The notes under the pieces were generated by a model that was not told the DNA's origin, searched no databases, and was given only the letters and a program-made list of their open reading frames with translations. Positions 1-8,644 of a DNA stretch of 56,950 nucleotides are shown in pieces; the stretch's first letter is position 1, and every line of letters begins with the position of its first letter. The translations under genes and the position numbers were made by a program. This DNA comes from an uncultured Candidatus Saccharibacteria bacterium (GTDB lineage Bacteria; Patescibacteriota; Minisyncoccia; UBA6257; 2-01-FULL-56-20): NCBI GenBank assembly GCA_964360535.1, contig CAYHXB010000001.1:1-56950 (forward strand), written 5' to 3'.

Positions 1-21
1 AAAAATTACAGAAACAAAATT

Positions 22-1545
22 ATGGAAAATTCACTTCCGCTAATAGCGGGCGGCGCGGTTTTAGGTTTATTAATAGGGTACTGGGCCAGGAACTTTCTGG
101 TTTCGAAACGGGCGAACTCAGTTGAAAAAAAGAGCAAGTTAGCTCTTGAAGAAGCGGAGCTGCAGGCCCGCAAAGTGGTTTTGGGCGCCGAAGAAAAGGC
201 GACTTCTATTTTGGCCGAAGTAAAAGAAGATGAGAAAAAAAGGCAATCCGAAATACGCGATATAGAAAAACGCTTGCTTCAACGAGAGGAATCTCTGGAC
301 AAAAAATTAAATTCCGTCGAAGAAGAAGAAAACAACCTTAAGAAAAAGGAAGAGTCGTTCAAGGAACGCGAGAATGAAATCGGCGAACTTAAGAAAAAAG
401 TTCAGACCGAATTCGAAAAATTAAGCGGCGTTACCAGGGAAGAAGCCAAAGAATCGCTTTTCCGCGAAGTAAAAGAACAAAGCAGGCAGGAACTGGCGGA
501 ATCGCTCCAGAAAATGGACCGCGAGCGGAGGGACGAAATAGAAAAGAAAGCGCTCGGCGTAATGACCACGGCGCTTCAGCGCTACGCGCGTTCGCACATT
601 TCGGAACTTACGACCACTGTTTTCCCGCTGGGCGACGAGGAATTCAAAGGCAAAATAATCGGGCGCGAAGGCAGAAACATCAGAGCGCTTGAGCGCGCCA
701 CCGGAGTGGAATTCGTAATTGACGAGACACCGGACAGCGTTGTTATTTCTTCATTCGACCCTTTCCGCAGGGAAGTTGCCCGCCTGGCGCTGGCCAAGCT
801 CGTAAAAGACGGCCGCATCCAGCCGGCAAAGATAGAGGAAAAAGTAGAGGAAGCCAAAGAAGAGCTCCAAAAGAGGGTTCTTGAAATAGGAGAGGAAGCC
901 GCCGCGGAAATCGGCGTCTATGATTTGCCGAAAGAAATTCTCCAGCTTCTGGGACGTTTGCATTTCAGGACAAGCTTCGGCCAGAACGTGCTGAATCACT
1001 CGCTGGAAATGGCGCATTTGGCCGGCATGATTGCCGCAGACCTTGGCCTTAATGTCCAGATAGCCAAAAGGGGAGCTCTTCTCCACGACATAGGCAAAGC
1101 CATCGACCACGAAGTCGAAGGAACACACGTGGACATCGGCAAGAAGCTTCTCAAGAAATATGATATAGACGAGCGTGTAATTGAGGCGATGCAGTCGCAC
1201 CATGACGAATATCCATACGCCACTCCGGAGGCATACGTAATTACTGCAGTCGACGCTTTGTCAGCGGCCAGGCCAGGCGCCAGGCGCGGCACTTTGGAGA
1301 ATTACGTCAAACGGCTCGGCGACTTGGAAAAAATTGCCGGAGAATTTCCGGGCGTCAAAAACGCCTATGCCATTTCGGCTGGCAGGGAACTCAGGGTCTT
1401 CGTGGTGCCTGAAAAGGTGGACGACTTCGGAGCGTTGGAAATGGCGCGCCAAATTGCCAACCGCATACAATCCGAGTTAAAATATCCCGGCGAGATTAAA
1501 GTCAACGTCATCCGCGAAATGCGCGCGGTGGAATACGCAAAGTAA
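22..1545 (+). CDS. rny: Ribonuclease Y (TM anchor, coiled coil, KH and HD domains)
   Basis: 507-aa ORF. It has an N-terminal hydrophobic helix, a Glu/Lys-rich coiled coil, a KH-like 'GKIIGREGRNIRALERATGVEFVID' and the HD motif 'LLHDIGKAIDHE'. Confidence 0.9.
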   Translation: MENSLPLIAGGAVLGLLIGYWARNFLVSKRANSVEKKSKLALEEAELQARKVVLGAEEKATSILAEVKEDEKKRQSEIRDIEKRLLQREESLDKKLNSVEEEENNLKKKEESFKERENEIGELKKKVQTEFEKLSGVTREEAKESLFREVKEQSRQELAESLQKMDRERRDEIEKKALGVMTTALQRYARSHISELTTTVFPLGDEEFKGKIIGREGRNIRALERATGVEFVIDETPDSVVISSFDPFRREVARLALAKLVKDGRIQPAKIEEKVEEAKEELQKRVLEIGEEAAAEIGVYDLPKEILQLLGRLHFRTSFGQNVLNHSLEMAHLAGMIAADLGLNVQIAKRGALLHDIGKAIDHEVEGTHVDIGKKLLKKYDIDERVIEAMQSHHDEYPYATPEAYVITAVDALSAARPGARRGTLENYVKRLGDLEKIAGEFPGVKNAYAISAGRELRVFVVPEKVDDFGALEMARQIANRIQSELKYPGEIKVNVIREMRAVEYAK

Positions 1546-1647
1546 AATTAAAAATGAAAATCTCAAAAATCAAAATTACAATTAAGAAATTTTAAAATTT
1601 TGAACTGTAATTTTACACTTTGATTTTTAAATTTTTAATTTATTACC

Positions 1648-3036
1648 ATGCTTCTTAAATTTTCCAAATTTTTTCTTTACGTTTCCGTATTCAGCGTCCT
1701 CATAGTAATGACTTCGACGTTTTTTCCGTTCATCGGCGGGAAAATGTATTTTTTCAGGGCAACAATCGAATTGTCGCTTATATTTCTTCTTTTCTGGTGG
1801 GGTTTTGAGGCTCCGGATGGCCATTTGTGGGCGCGTTGCAAGGAAATGTTCAAAAAGCCGCTCTTCGCGGCTGTTTCGGTTTTCGCCCTGGCTTTCACCC
1901 TGGCTTCGATTTTTGCTTTCGATTCGCACGCGGCCTTCTGGTCAAATTACGAGCGCGGTGAGGGTGGTTTCCAGATGCTTCATTTTTACGCTTTCTTTTT
2001 CCTTCTAGTTTTTCTTTTCAGGAATAAAAAGGATTGGGAAAGATTATTATGGACTTCCGTTTTTGCAGGCGTTGCCATGATACTTTACGGTGTCGGCGCA
2101 GCGGTTTTTGTGGTCAATCCGGACACCGGCGCTTTTTCAAATCCTTTCGGATTCGTCGGGCCGTACGCGACTCCTTCAAAGTTAGCGGCTTCTACTTTTT
2201 GGGGAAGGCTTTTTGATACTGAGCGTTTTCAGGGTTCGCTCGGTAACCCGGCTTACGTATCTCCATATCTTATTTTTTCCATTTTTTTCCTTTTATGGCT
2301 CTGGTTTTCCCAAAAAAGCAGGAATTTAGTCAAGAATATTTCCTACGGCGCGCTTAGTCTTTTCTTCATGGTATTTTTCTTTTTGGCGGCTACCAGGGGC
2401 GCGTTTGTTGGTCTGGCCGGCGCCGTGTTTGTTTTCCTGCTAGTTCTTGGCTTCGGACATATTAAAATAAGAAAATATGTTGGAGTCGGGATGGCCGTTT
2501 TGGCCATTATTCTAAGTTCACTTATTTATTATAGCCGCACTGATTTTGTAAAAAATCTGCCGGGTGGCCGCATGTTCGACCTTGGAGTGTCCGACCAGAC
2601 CTTCCAGACCAGACTTTGGACATGGAATTCGGCATGGCAGGGTTTTAAGGAGAAGCCGATTTTAGGGTGGGGCCCCGAGAATTTCTCAGCCGTTTTCGAC
2701 AAATATTTCGATACGAGGCACTACGTTCCTGGCAAAGGTTCAGAAACCTGGTTCGATTACGCGCATAGCGTCTTTTTTGACTATCTCGTTGAAACCGGAA
2801 TAATCGGATTCTTAAGTTTCCTCGGAATATTCGTGATTTTTTATCTGGAATGGTTTAGGAAACTGAAACATCAGAATCCGCTCTTTTGGGGACTTATGGC
2901 CGCGTTGCCTGTCAGTTATCTAATCCAGGGACTGGCGCTTTTCAACGTTTTTCCGATTTATATCAATTTATTTTTATTTCTGGCTTTCGCCTGCTACCAA
3001 CTTTATTATTCCGAACATAATTCTCCGCAATCATGA
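1648..3036 (+). CDS. O-antigen ligase/polymerase family (Wzy_C-type) polytopic membrane protein; paralog of 41557..42912
   Basis: 462-aa multi-TM ORF with 'LAATRGAFVGLAG' and 'ILGWGPENF' motifs. It shares long blocks with 41557..42912 ('RFQGSLGNP', 'GWGPENFS.VFDKYFDTR'). Confidence 0.75.
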   Translation: MLLKFSKFFLYVSVFSVLIVMTSTFFPFIGGKMYFFRATIELSLIFLLFWWGFEAPDGHLWARCKEMFKKPLFAAVSVFALAFTLASIFAFDSHAAFWSNYERGEGGFQMLHFYAFFFLLVFLFRNKKDWERLLWTSVFAGVAMILYGVGAAVFVVNPDTGAFSNPFGFVGPYATPSKLAASTFWGRLFDTERFQGSLGNPAYVSPYLIFSIFFLLWLWFSQKSRNLVKNISYGALSLFFMVFFFLAATRGAFVGLAGAVFVFLLVLGFGHIKIRKYVGVGMAVLAIILSSLIYYSRTDFVKNLPGGRMFDLGVSDQTFQTRLWTWNSAWQGFKEKPILGWGPENFSAVFDKYFDTRHYVPGKGSETWFDYAHSVFFDYLVETGIIGFLSFLGIFVIFYLEWFRKLKHQNPLFWGLMAALPVSYLIQGLALFNVFPIYINLFLFLAFACYQLYYSEHNSPQS

Positions 3037-3158
3037 ATCCCGTTAGAAACAACAATTCCATGAAATCAAAAAATATGTTTAATATTTCACACAAAAAGTC
3101 GTACACCACTCAAGCGGTTTATTCACGGTCGTCTTTGACGACCTGTTTCTAACGGGAT
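3037..3158 (+). repeat. Junction element copy 1: ~122 nt with 15-nt terminal inverted repeats (MITE-like or structured-RNA candidate)
   Basis: ATCCCGTTAGAAACA at 3037..3051 is the exact reverse complement of TGTTTCTAACGGGAT at 3144..3158. Internal hairpins lie at 3105..3118 and 3127..3143. Homologous copies lie at 36784..36906 and 44562..44683. Confidence 0.85.
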
Positions 3159-3786
3159 GAACAAGGACATAAAAAAAGCAGTTGCCGTTTCGATATCCAT
3201 TTTCCTGGCGCTGGTCGGTTATTATGGTTCTTATCTGCCGATGCAAAAGTCGATGCTTTTCATCACGGCCATGCAGAGGGCTGCCGGCATGAAAACCATA
3301 AACGACTTTGAGCAAAATTTTTCGATACCGCTTAATGTTCCTTCCCCGATAGGACAAGAAGAACTTGTGCGGAGCATGGCGAATACAATCGCCAACAGCT
3401 TCCAAAATGTTCCACAAAAAGAAGGCGTGGACGAATTGGTAAGATATGTGGAAAGTTACTTCAAACCTATAATTGACAGAAATAGGGGAATGAGTTTCGG
3501 CCAGGACATATACATTTTAGGGGCGATGAACGAATTCGCCTTCATTAAAACCGGAGACAAAAAATATCTGCAGGCAGCCGAGAATTATTTCAAGCGATCA
3601 GTTATTCTCGGTCCGAAACGCCCGCAGGGATTGTACGGTCTGCTTGATGTTTACAGAATGGAAGGAAACATAGAGGGATTTAAAATAACTGCCGAACAGA
3701 TTCTGTCGCAGTGGCCTGACGACGCGCGCACCAAGTCCGTTTATGACCAGTTCATGAAACTTGTTTCGCAGGATGCCAAGAAATAA
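3157..3786 (+). CDS. Hypothetical membrane-anchored protein with a TPR-like C-terminus; paralog of 42896..43489
   Basis: 209-aa ORF with one N-terminal TM helix. It shares 'SPIGQEE', '[11 protein letters not shown]' and 'WPDD' blocks with 42896..43489. Both copies follow a Wzy_C paralog. Confidence 0.6.
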   Translation: MNKDIKKAVAVSISIFLALVGYYGSYLPMQKSMLFITAMQRAAGMKTINDFEQNFSIPLNVPSPIGQEELVRSMANTIANSFQNVPQKEGVDELVRYVESYFKPIIDRNRGMSFGQDIYILGAMNEFAFIKTGDKKYLQAAENYFKRSVILGPKRPQGLYGLLDVYRMEGNIEGFKITAEQILSQWPDDARTKSVYDQFMKLVSQDAKK

Positions 3787-3791
3787 AAAAA

Positions 3792-4817
3792 ATGACAGAC
3801 GAGGTTAAAAGAAAAAAAGCCCTCATAACGGGAGCCACGGGCCAGGACGGCAGTTACCTGATTGAATTGCTTCTGGACAAGGGATACGAAGTGCACGGCG
3901 TCATCCGGCGCGCTTCGACTTTCAATACAGGACGCATAGACCATATTTTCCAGGATCCGCATGAAAAAAATCTGCGTCTGATTTTGCACCACGGCGATCT
4001 GGCTGACGCGAACACCATTAGAAAGCTCATATATAAAGTGCAGCCGGACGAGATTTACAATCTCGGAGCGCAGTCGCATGTACGCGTCAGTTTCGACATT
4101 CCCGAATACACGGCCAACATAACCGGTCTAGGCGTGTTGCGTCTATTGGAAGCAATCAAAGATTTTGAAGAGTATACAGGAAAGAAAGTTAAATTCTACC
4201 AGGCCAGTTCCAGTGAAATGTTCGGCGCGGCATTGCCTCCGCAAAACGAGTTAACGCAATTTCAGCCAAGGAGTCCGTACGGCGTGGCCAAAGTATTCGG
4301 TTATTACACCACAAAGAATTATCGTGAAGCATACGGTATTTTCGGAGTCAACGGAATTCTTTTCAACCATGAAAGTCCGAGGAGGGGCGAAACTTTCGTC
4401 ACCAGAAAAATAGCCCGCGGCATAGCAAGAATTATGGCCGGGCTGGACAAGAAAATTTATCTCGGAAATCTTGATGCCCGCCGTGACTGGGGGTACGCTC
4501 CGGAGTACGTGGAAGCCGCCTGGCTGATGATGCAGCAGCCGGAGCCCGACGACTACGTAATAGGCACAGAGCAAAGCCATTCTGTCAGAGATTTGCTGGA
4601 TACCGCTTTCAGTTATGTCGGAATCAATGATTGGGAACAATATGTAGGGATAGACCCGCGCTATTTCCGGCCGACCGAAGTGGAGAATCTGGTAGCCGAT
4701 GCCAGCAAAGCGAAGAAAAAACTTGGATGGGAGCCGAAAGTGAAATTCGAAGAACTGATAAAGATGATGATGGATTCGGAGTTGAAGCACCACGGCCTGA
4801 ATCCACCGAAAAAATAA
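3792..4817 (+). CDS. gmd: GDP-mannose 4,6-dehydratase
   Basis: '[27 protein letters not shown]', 'SSSEMFG' and '[16 protein letters not shown]' are signature Gmd blocks. Confidence 0.9.
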   Translation: MTDEVKRKKALITGATGQDGSYLIELLLDKGYEVHGVIRRASTFNTGRIDHIFQDPHEKNLRLILHHGDLADANTIRKLIYKVQPDEIYNLGAQSHVRVSFDIPEYTANITGLGVLRLLEAIKDFEEYTGKKVKFYQASSSEMFGAALPPQNELTQFQPRSPYGVAKVFGYYTTKNYREAYGIFGVNGILFNHESPRRGETFVTRKIARGIARIMAGLDKKIYLGNLDARRDWGYAPEYVEAAWLMMQQPEPDDYVIGTEQSHSVRDLLDTAFSYVGINDWEQYVGIDPRYFRPTEVENLVADASKAKKKLGWEPKVKFEELIKMMMDSELKHHGLNPPKK

Positions 4818-4849
4818 GAAATGTCATGCAGCCCGACATTTCTTCATTT
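4818..4849 (+). terminator. Candidate intrinsic terminator after gmd
   Basis: GAAATGTC (4818..4825) pairs with GACATTTC (4835..4842) across an 8-nt loop and is followed by TTCATTT. The U tract is weak. Confidence 0.4.
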
Positions 4850-4888
4850 GGTTCCCTGCCTGCCGGCAGGCAGGGCTCGCACCAAATG
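4845..4888. repeat. GC-rich perfect palindrome CCCTGCCTGCC/GGCAGGCAGGG inside an outer 8-bp stem; cargo-less relative of the cysD GIY-YIG cassette arms
   Basis: A 22-nt perfect palindrome at 4854..4875 is flanked by CATTTGGT (4845..4852) and ACCAAATG (4881..4888). The core CCTGCCTGC/GCAGGCAGG is identical to the arms at 29270..29279 and 29550..29559. Confidence 0.8.
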
Positions 4889-4942
4889 GAATAGATTTTA
4901 ACTTGCAGACTTGCTGCCAAATGTAAAAAGCGGACTAACGAA

Positions 4943-6118
4943 ATGATAAAACTCATAAAATCAACTTTTTATCGCGAGAAGGAAACGAAAGACAAGCTGG
5001 CTCAATTCGTCAAAAAAGCCAGGCGTCTAAGCTTCAGCGCGGAATGTGAAAGCTTTGAAACTTTATTTGCCCGCTACCAGGGAAGAAAGCGATGCCTTTT
5101 TTTCAACAGCGGCAGTTCCGCGAATCTGGCTCTCATCCAGGCCCTTTTGAATCTGGGCAGGATAAAGAAAGGGGACAAAGTCGGGTTTTCGGCAGTTACA
5201 TGGCCCACGAATGTAATGCCGCTGATTCAGCTAGGTTTGATTCCGGTACCGGTGGACGTCGAACTGGAAACGCTAAACGTTTCAACAAGGACTCTTGGTG
5301 AAGTAATAAAAAAAGAAAAACTCAAGGCGTTTTTCACGACGAACCTCCTGGGATTTTCAAGCGACATAGGCGAGATAGCGAAACTTTGCCGTAGCAAAAA
5401 GATAATCCTTCTCGAAGACAACTGTGAATCGCTTGGCAGCGTTTATAAAGGGAAAAAGCTCGGCAATTTCGGCTTGGCAGGAACGTTTTCTTTTTACGTC
5501 GGACATCATATGTCGACCATAGAGGGCGGCGCCGTATGCACAGACGATAAGGAATTGGCCAAGATGCTTGGAATGGTCAGGGCGCACGGCTGGGACAGAA
5601 ATCTCAAGCCCGAAGAAAAGAGAGAAATCAGAGGACGGTTTAAAAAATTATCCGACTTTTACGCCCAGTATACTTTTTACGACCTTGGCTATAATTTCCG
5701 TCCGACCGAAGTACAGGGATTTTTGGGAAAACTCCAGCTGAAATTTCTGCCAGAAATAATCAGGAAGAGAAGCGAAAATTTCAAAAAAATCAGCAAGGCG
5801 ATTTACAAACGTTCCGACCTTTATTATCCTCTCCGTTTCGGACATATGGATTTTATTTCCAATTTCGCCGTGCCAGTTGTTTGCCGCTCCAAAAAGATAA
5901 GGAACAAGCTTGTCGAAAAATGCAAAAATTCGATAGAAGTTAGGCCGATAGTAGGAGGAGACATACTCAAGCAACCTTTCTTCCACAAATATTCCAAAAA
6001 GAAAGTTTATCTTCCAGTGGCTGACATTATTCATGAGCAGGGGATTTATTTCGGGAACAATCCCGAATTGAACGCCAAGGAAATAAAAAAAATAATCAAA
6101 GTTTTCACTTCAATATAA
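4943..6118 (+). CDS. colD: GDP-4-keto-6-deoxy-D-mannose 3-dehydratase-like (ColD-type DegT-family PLP/PMP enzyme)
   Basis: 'LLEDNCESLG' and 'RAHGWDRNL' are present. In 'FYVGHHMSTIEGG' a His occupies the position of the PLP lysine (compare 'FYANKIMTTGEGG' in 7529..8635), which is the ColD hallmark. It sits between gmd and an fcl-like gene. Confidence 0.75.
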   Translation: MIKLIKSTFYREKETKDKLAQFVKKARRLSFSAECESFETLFARYQGRKRCLFFNSGSSANLALIQALLNLGRIKKGDKVGFSAVTWPTNVMPLIQLGLIPVPVDVELETLNVSTRTLGEVIKKEKLKAFFTTNLLGFSSDIGEIAKLCRSKKIILLEDNCESLGSVYKGKKLGNFGLAGTFSFYVGHHMSTIEGGAVCTDDKELAKMLGMVRAHGWDRNLKPEEKREIRGRFKKLSDFYAQYTFYDLGYNFRPTEVQGFLGKLQLKFLPEIIRKRSENFKKISKAIYKRSDLYYPLRFGHMDFISNFAVPVVCRSKKIRNKLVEKCKNSIEVRPIVGGDILKQPFFHKYSKKKVYLPVADIIHEQGIYFGNNPELNAKEIKKIIKVFTSI

Positions 6119-7072
6119 ATGGACCTAAAAGACAAAAAAATTTTACTTACCGGGGCTGGCGGTTTTTTGGGCGGAGCTGTTTTTAAAAATCTCACTGCCA
6201 GAGGAGTGCCGGAGGCAAACATAATCACTCCACGCATAAAAGATTACGATCTTAGAAAGCGGGAAGTGTGCGACGAACTGACCAAGGGAATTGACGTTGT
6301 TCTTCACATTGCTGGAACCGTTGGCGGCGTTGGATTTAACCGTGACCATCCGGCGATTGTTTTTTACGACAATGCCGCCATGGCTCTGAATATGATTGAT
6401 TCGTCATATCGCGCCGGAGTAAAAAAATTCGTCGGCGTCGGTACGGTATGTGAATATCCAAAACTTACCCCAATTCCTTTCCGCGAAGAAGAGCTTTGGA
6501 ACGGCTATCCGGAAGACACCAACGCCCCTTACGGTCTTGCAAAAAAAATGATGCTTGTGCAATCAAGGGCTTACCGCGCCGAGTATGGATTCAACGCGGT
6601 GCATCTGCTTTTAACCAATCTTTACGGCCCGGGCGATAATTTCGACCCGAAGAATTCCCATGCTTTGGCCGCTTTGGTCAAAAAAACAGTTGAGGCAGCG
6701 GAAAACGGCGACAAATTTATAGACGTTTGGGGTACCGGAAAGGCCACGCGTGAATTTCTTTACGTGGACGATGCAGCGGAGGCGGTGGTTCTCGCCGCCG
6801 AGAAATATGACGGCGCAGACCCGGTTAATGTTGGTAATGGCGAAGAGATCTCAATAAAAAGCATGACTGAGACAATAATGCGTCTCACGAACTTTAAGGG
6901 AGAAATAAAATGGGATGCCTCGAAACCGGATGGACAGCCACGCCGAATGCTTGATGTCTCCCGCGCGGAAAAAGAGTTCGGTTTCAGCGCAAAAACCAGT
7001 TTTGAAACCGGCGTGCAAAAAACAATAGACTGGTATTTCGGGCACAGGCAGGAAACAAATGAATCTATATAA
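6119..7072 (+). CDS. GDP-L-fucose synthase family SDR (Fcl/ColC-type GDP-4-keto-6-deoxymannose epimerase/reductase)
   Basis: 'ILLTGAGGFLGGAV' Rossmann motif, 'APYGLAKKM' (YxxxK), 'LLLTNLYGPGDNF' and 'GTGKATREFLYVDD'. Its position next to the colD-like gene suggests GDP-colitose synthase. Confidence 0.8.
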   Translation: MDLKDKKILLTGAGGFLGGAVFKNLTARGVPEANIITPRIKDYDLRKREVCDELTKGIDVVLHIAGTVGGVGFNRDHPAIVFYDNAAMALNMIDSSYRAGVKKFVGVGTVCEYPKLTPIPFREEELWNGYPEDTNAPYGLAKKMMLVQSRAYRAEYGFNAVHLLLTNLYGPGDNFDPKNSHALAALVKKTVEAAENGDKFIDVWGTGKATREFLYVDDAAEAVVLAAEKYDGADPVNVGNGEEISIKSMTETIMRLTNFKGEIKWDASKPDGQPRRMLDVSRAEKEFGFSAKTSFETGVQKTIDWYFGHRQETNESI

Positions 7073-7523
7073 GCCGGTTAAGAAAAAGATTCCGGAAAAA
7101 ATTTACAGGAAAATCCGCCGCTCAATGCCGCTTGTCTGCGTTGATGTCGTAATAACTGACGGCAAAAGTTTTTTGCTGGCAAAAAGGACGAATGAACCCG
7201 AAAAAAATAAGTGGTGGATTCCCGGAGGGCGGCTTTTAAAAAACGAATTATTAAAAGAAGCGGCAGGGCGGTTGCTTAAGCAGGAAACAGGCCTTAAGGG
7301 GAAAATAGATGAATTGCTCGGATTCGACGAGATATTCCATTCACCCGGCTATTTTCCGGGAACAACGGCGCACAATGTCGCTTTCATATTCAAAGCGAAT
7401 GTTTCCAGAAACGGCAAATTAAAATTGGACAAACAAAATTCGGACGCAAAGTGGTTTTCAAAAATAAATTCCTCCTGGCATCCATACGTAAAAAAATTCC
7501 TTAGAGAAGCGGGCTTAAAATAA
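7059..7523 (+). CDS. NUDIX hydrolase, GDP-mannose mannosyl hydrolase-like
   Basis: The modified Nudix box 'GGRLLKNELLKEAAGRLLKQETGL' resembles the Gmm/NudD type as I recall it. The gene lies in a GDP-sugar operon. Confidence 0.65.
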   Translation: MNLYKPVKKKIPEKIYRKIRRSMPLVCVDVVITDGKSFLLAKRTNEPEKNKWWIPGGRLLKNELLKEAAGRLLKQETGLKGKIDELLGFDEIFHSPGYFPGTTAHNVAFIFKANVSRNGKLKLDKQNSDAKWFSKINSSWHPYVKKFLREAGLK

Positions 7524-7528
7524 GGAAG

Positions 7529-8635
7529 TTAAACTCCGTAAAATTCTTTTATTTTGGAAACCACGTAATCTTTTTCTTTATCCGTAAGATGAGACGATGA
7601 AGGCAGATAAAGACCCTGCTCGCCGAAACGGTCGGCGTTAGGAAACTTTTCGTTAGGATAATCCACTGAATAAACTGGTTGCTGGTGCATCGGAATGAAG
7701 AAAATCCTGGTTTCAATGCCATTTTCGGTCAGGAAATCAATCAATTCGTCGGTACGCGGGGCGAGCAGGCCGAACATCCAGAAAACCGCGAAAGTGTCGG
7801 GCAGTTCAGGAAAGAAAACCAAACCGGGAACATCTTTAAGTTTTTCCATGTAATAAGCCGCGTTTTTCCTTCTTTTATCGATGAGTTCATCAAGGCGTTC
7901 AAGCTGGGCAAGGCCCAAGGCGGCGCCGAGCGCCGGCATCCTCAAATTCCAGGCAATGGTTCTGTGCCAGAAATGTTTTTCGTCATCGAAATCATAGCCG
8001 CGGATGTGCCGAAGGTCGTTTGCCAGTTTGTCGTCATTAGTGAGAATCATTCCTCCTTCGCCGGTGGTCATAATTTTGTTGGCGTAGAAAGAGAAACAGC
8101 TGGCGATTCCGAACGTGCCGGAAAGTTTTCCCTTGTATTTAGAGCCGTGTACTTCGGCGGCGTCTTCGACTACCAGAAGATTATGCTTTTCGGCTATGCG
8201 CATTATTTCATCCATGTTGCATGGCTGGCCGTAAATATGCACCGGCATGATAACTTTGGTGCGCGGAGTTATCTTCTCCTCTATTTTCGAAACATCCATA
8301 TTAAGGTCGTTTTCAGAAGAATCCACGAAAACCGGTTTCGCTCCGCAATGAGTTGCCGCGGCAGCGGTGGCTATCATTGTGAATGTCGGCATTATCACTT
8401 CGTCCCCTTCTTTTATGTCGAGAGCTTTAAGCGCAAGAAAAAGAGCCGAACCGCCGGAGTTTACGGCTACAGCATGCTTCATCCCGAATTTTTGTGCGAA
8501 AGCGTTTTCAAAATTCTTTACCGGCGGAGCGATGGACGACAGATAATTTTTTCTTATCGTGTCGGTAACATAGTTTATTTCCTTTTCGGTTATGTCCGGC
8601 TCGCAGACATAAATTTTTATGGGATTATTTTCCAT
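7529..8635 (-). CDS. DegT/DnrJ/EryC1/StrS aminotransferase (GDP-perosamine synthase-like)
   Basis: 368-aa ORF. 'AVNSGGSALFLAL' and 'SFYANKIMTTGEGG' carry the PLP lysine. It lies directly downstream of a second gmd on the same strand. Confidence 0.8.
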   Translation of the reverse strand: MENNPIKIYVCEPDITEKEINYVTDTIRKNYLSSIAPPVKNFENAFAQKFGMKHAVAVNSGGSALFLALKALDIKEGDEVIMPTFTMIATAAAATHCGAKPVFVDSSENDLNMDVSKIEEKITPRTKVIMPVHIYGQPCNMDEIMRIAEKHNLLVVEDAAEVHGSKYKGKLSGTFGIASCFSFYANKIMTTGEGGMILTNDDKLANDLRHIRGYDFDDEKHFWHRTIAWNLRMPALGAALGLAQLERLDELIDKRRKNAAYYMEKLKDVPGLVFFPELPDTFAVFWMFGLLAPRTDELIDFLTENGIETRIFFIPMHQQPVYSVDYPNEKFPNADRFGEQGLYLPSSSHLTDKEKDYVVSKIKEFYGV

Positions 8636-8644
8636 TTGTTTATA

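Noticed and set aside
1546-1647. AT-only inverted repeats (AAAATCAAA...TTTGATTTT, ATTACA...TGTAAT) after rny, considered as a terminator or promoter
   Set aside because: By eye I cannot distinguish them from low-complexity AT-rich spacer, and no clear hexamers or GC stem are present.
3037-3158. Junction elements considered as CRISPR repeats, tRNA-like genes or a known riboswitch
   Set aside because: The copies are 8-34 kb apart, not arrayed. They show no cloverleaf. I recognise no known riboswitch core, and the downstream genes are functionally unrelated.
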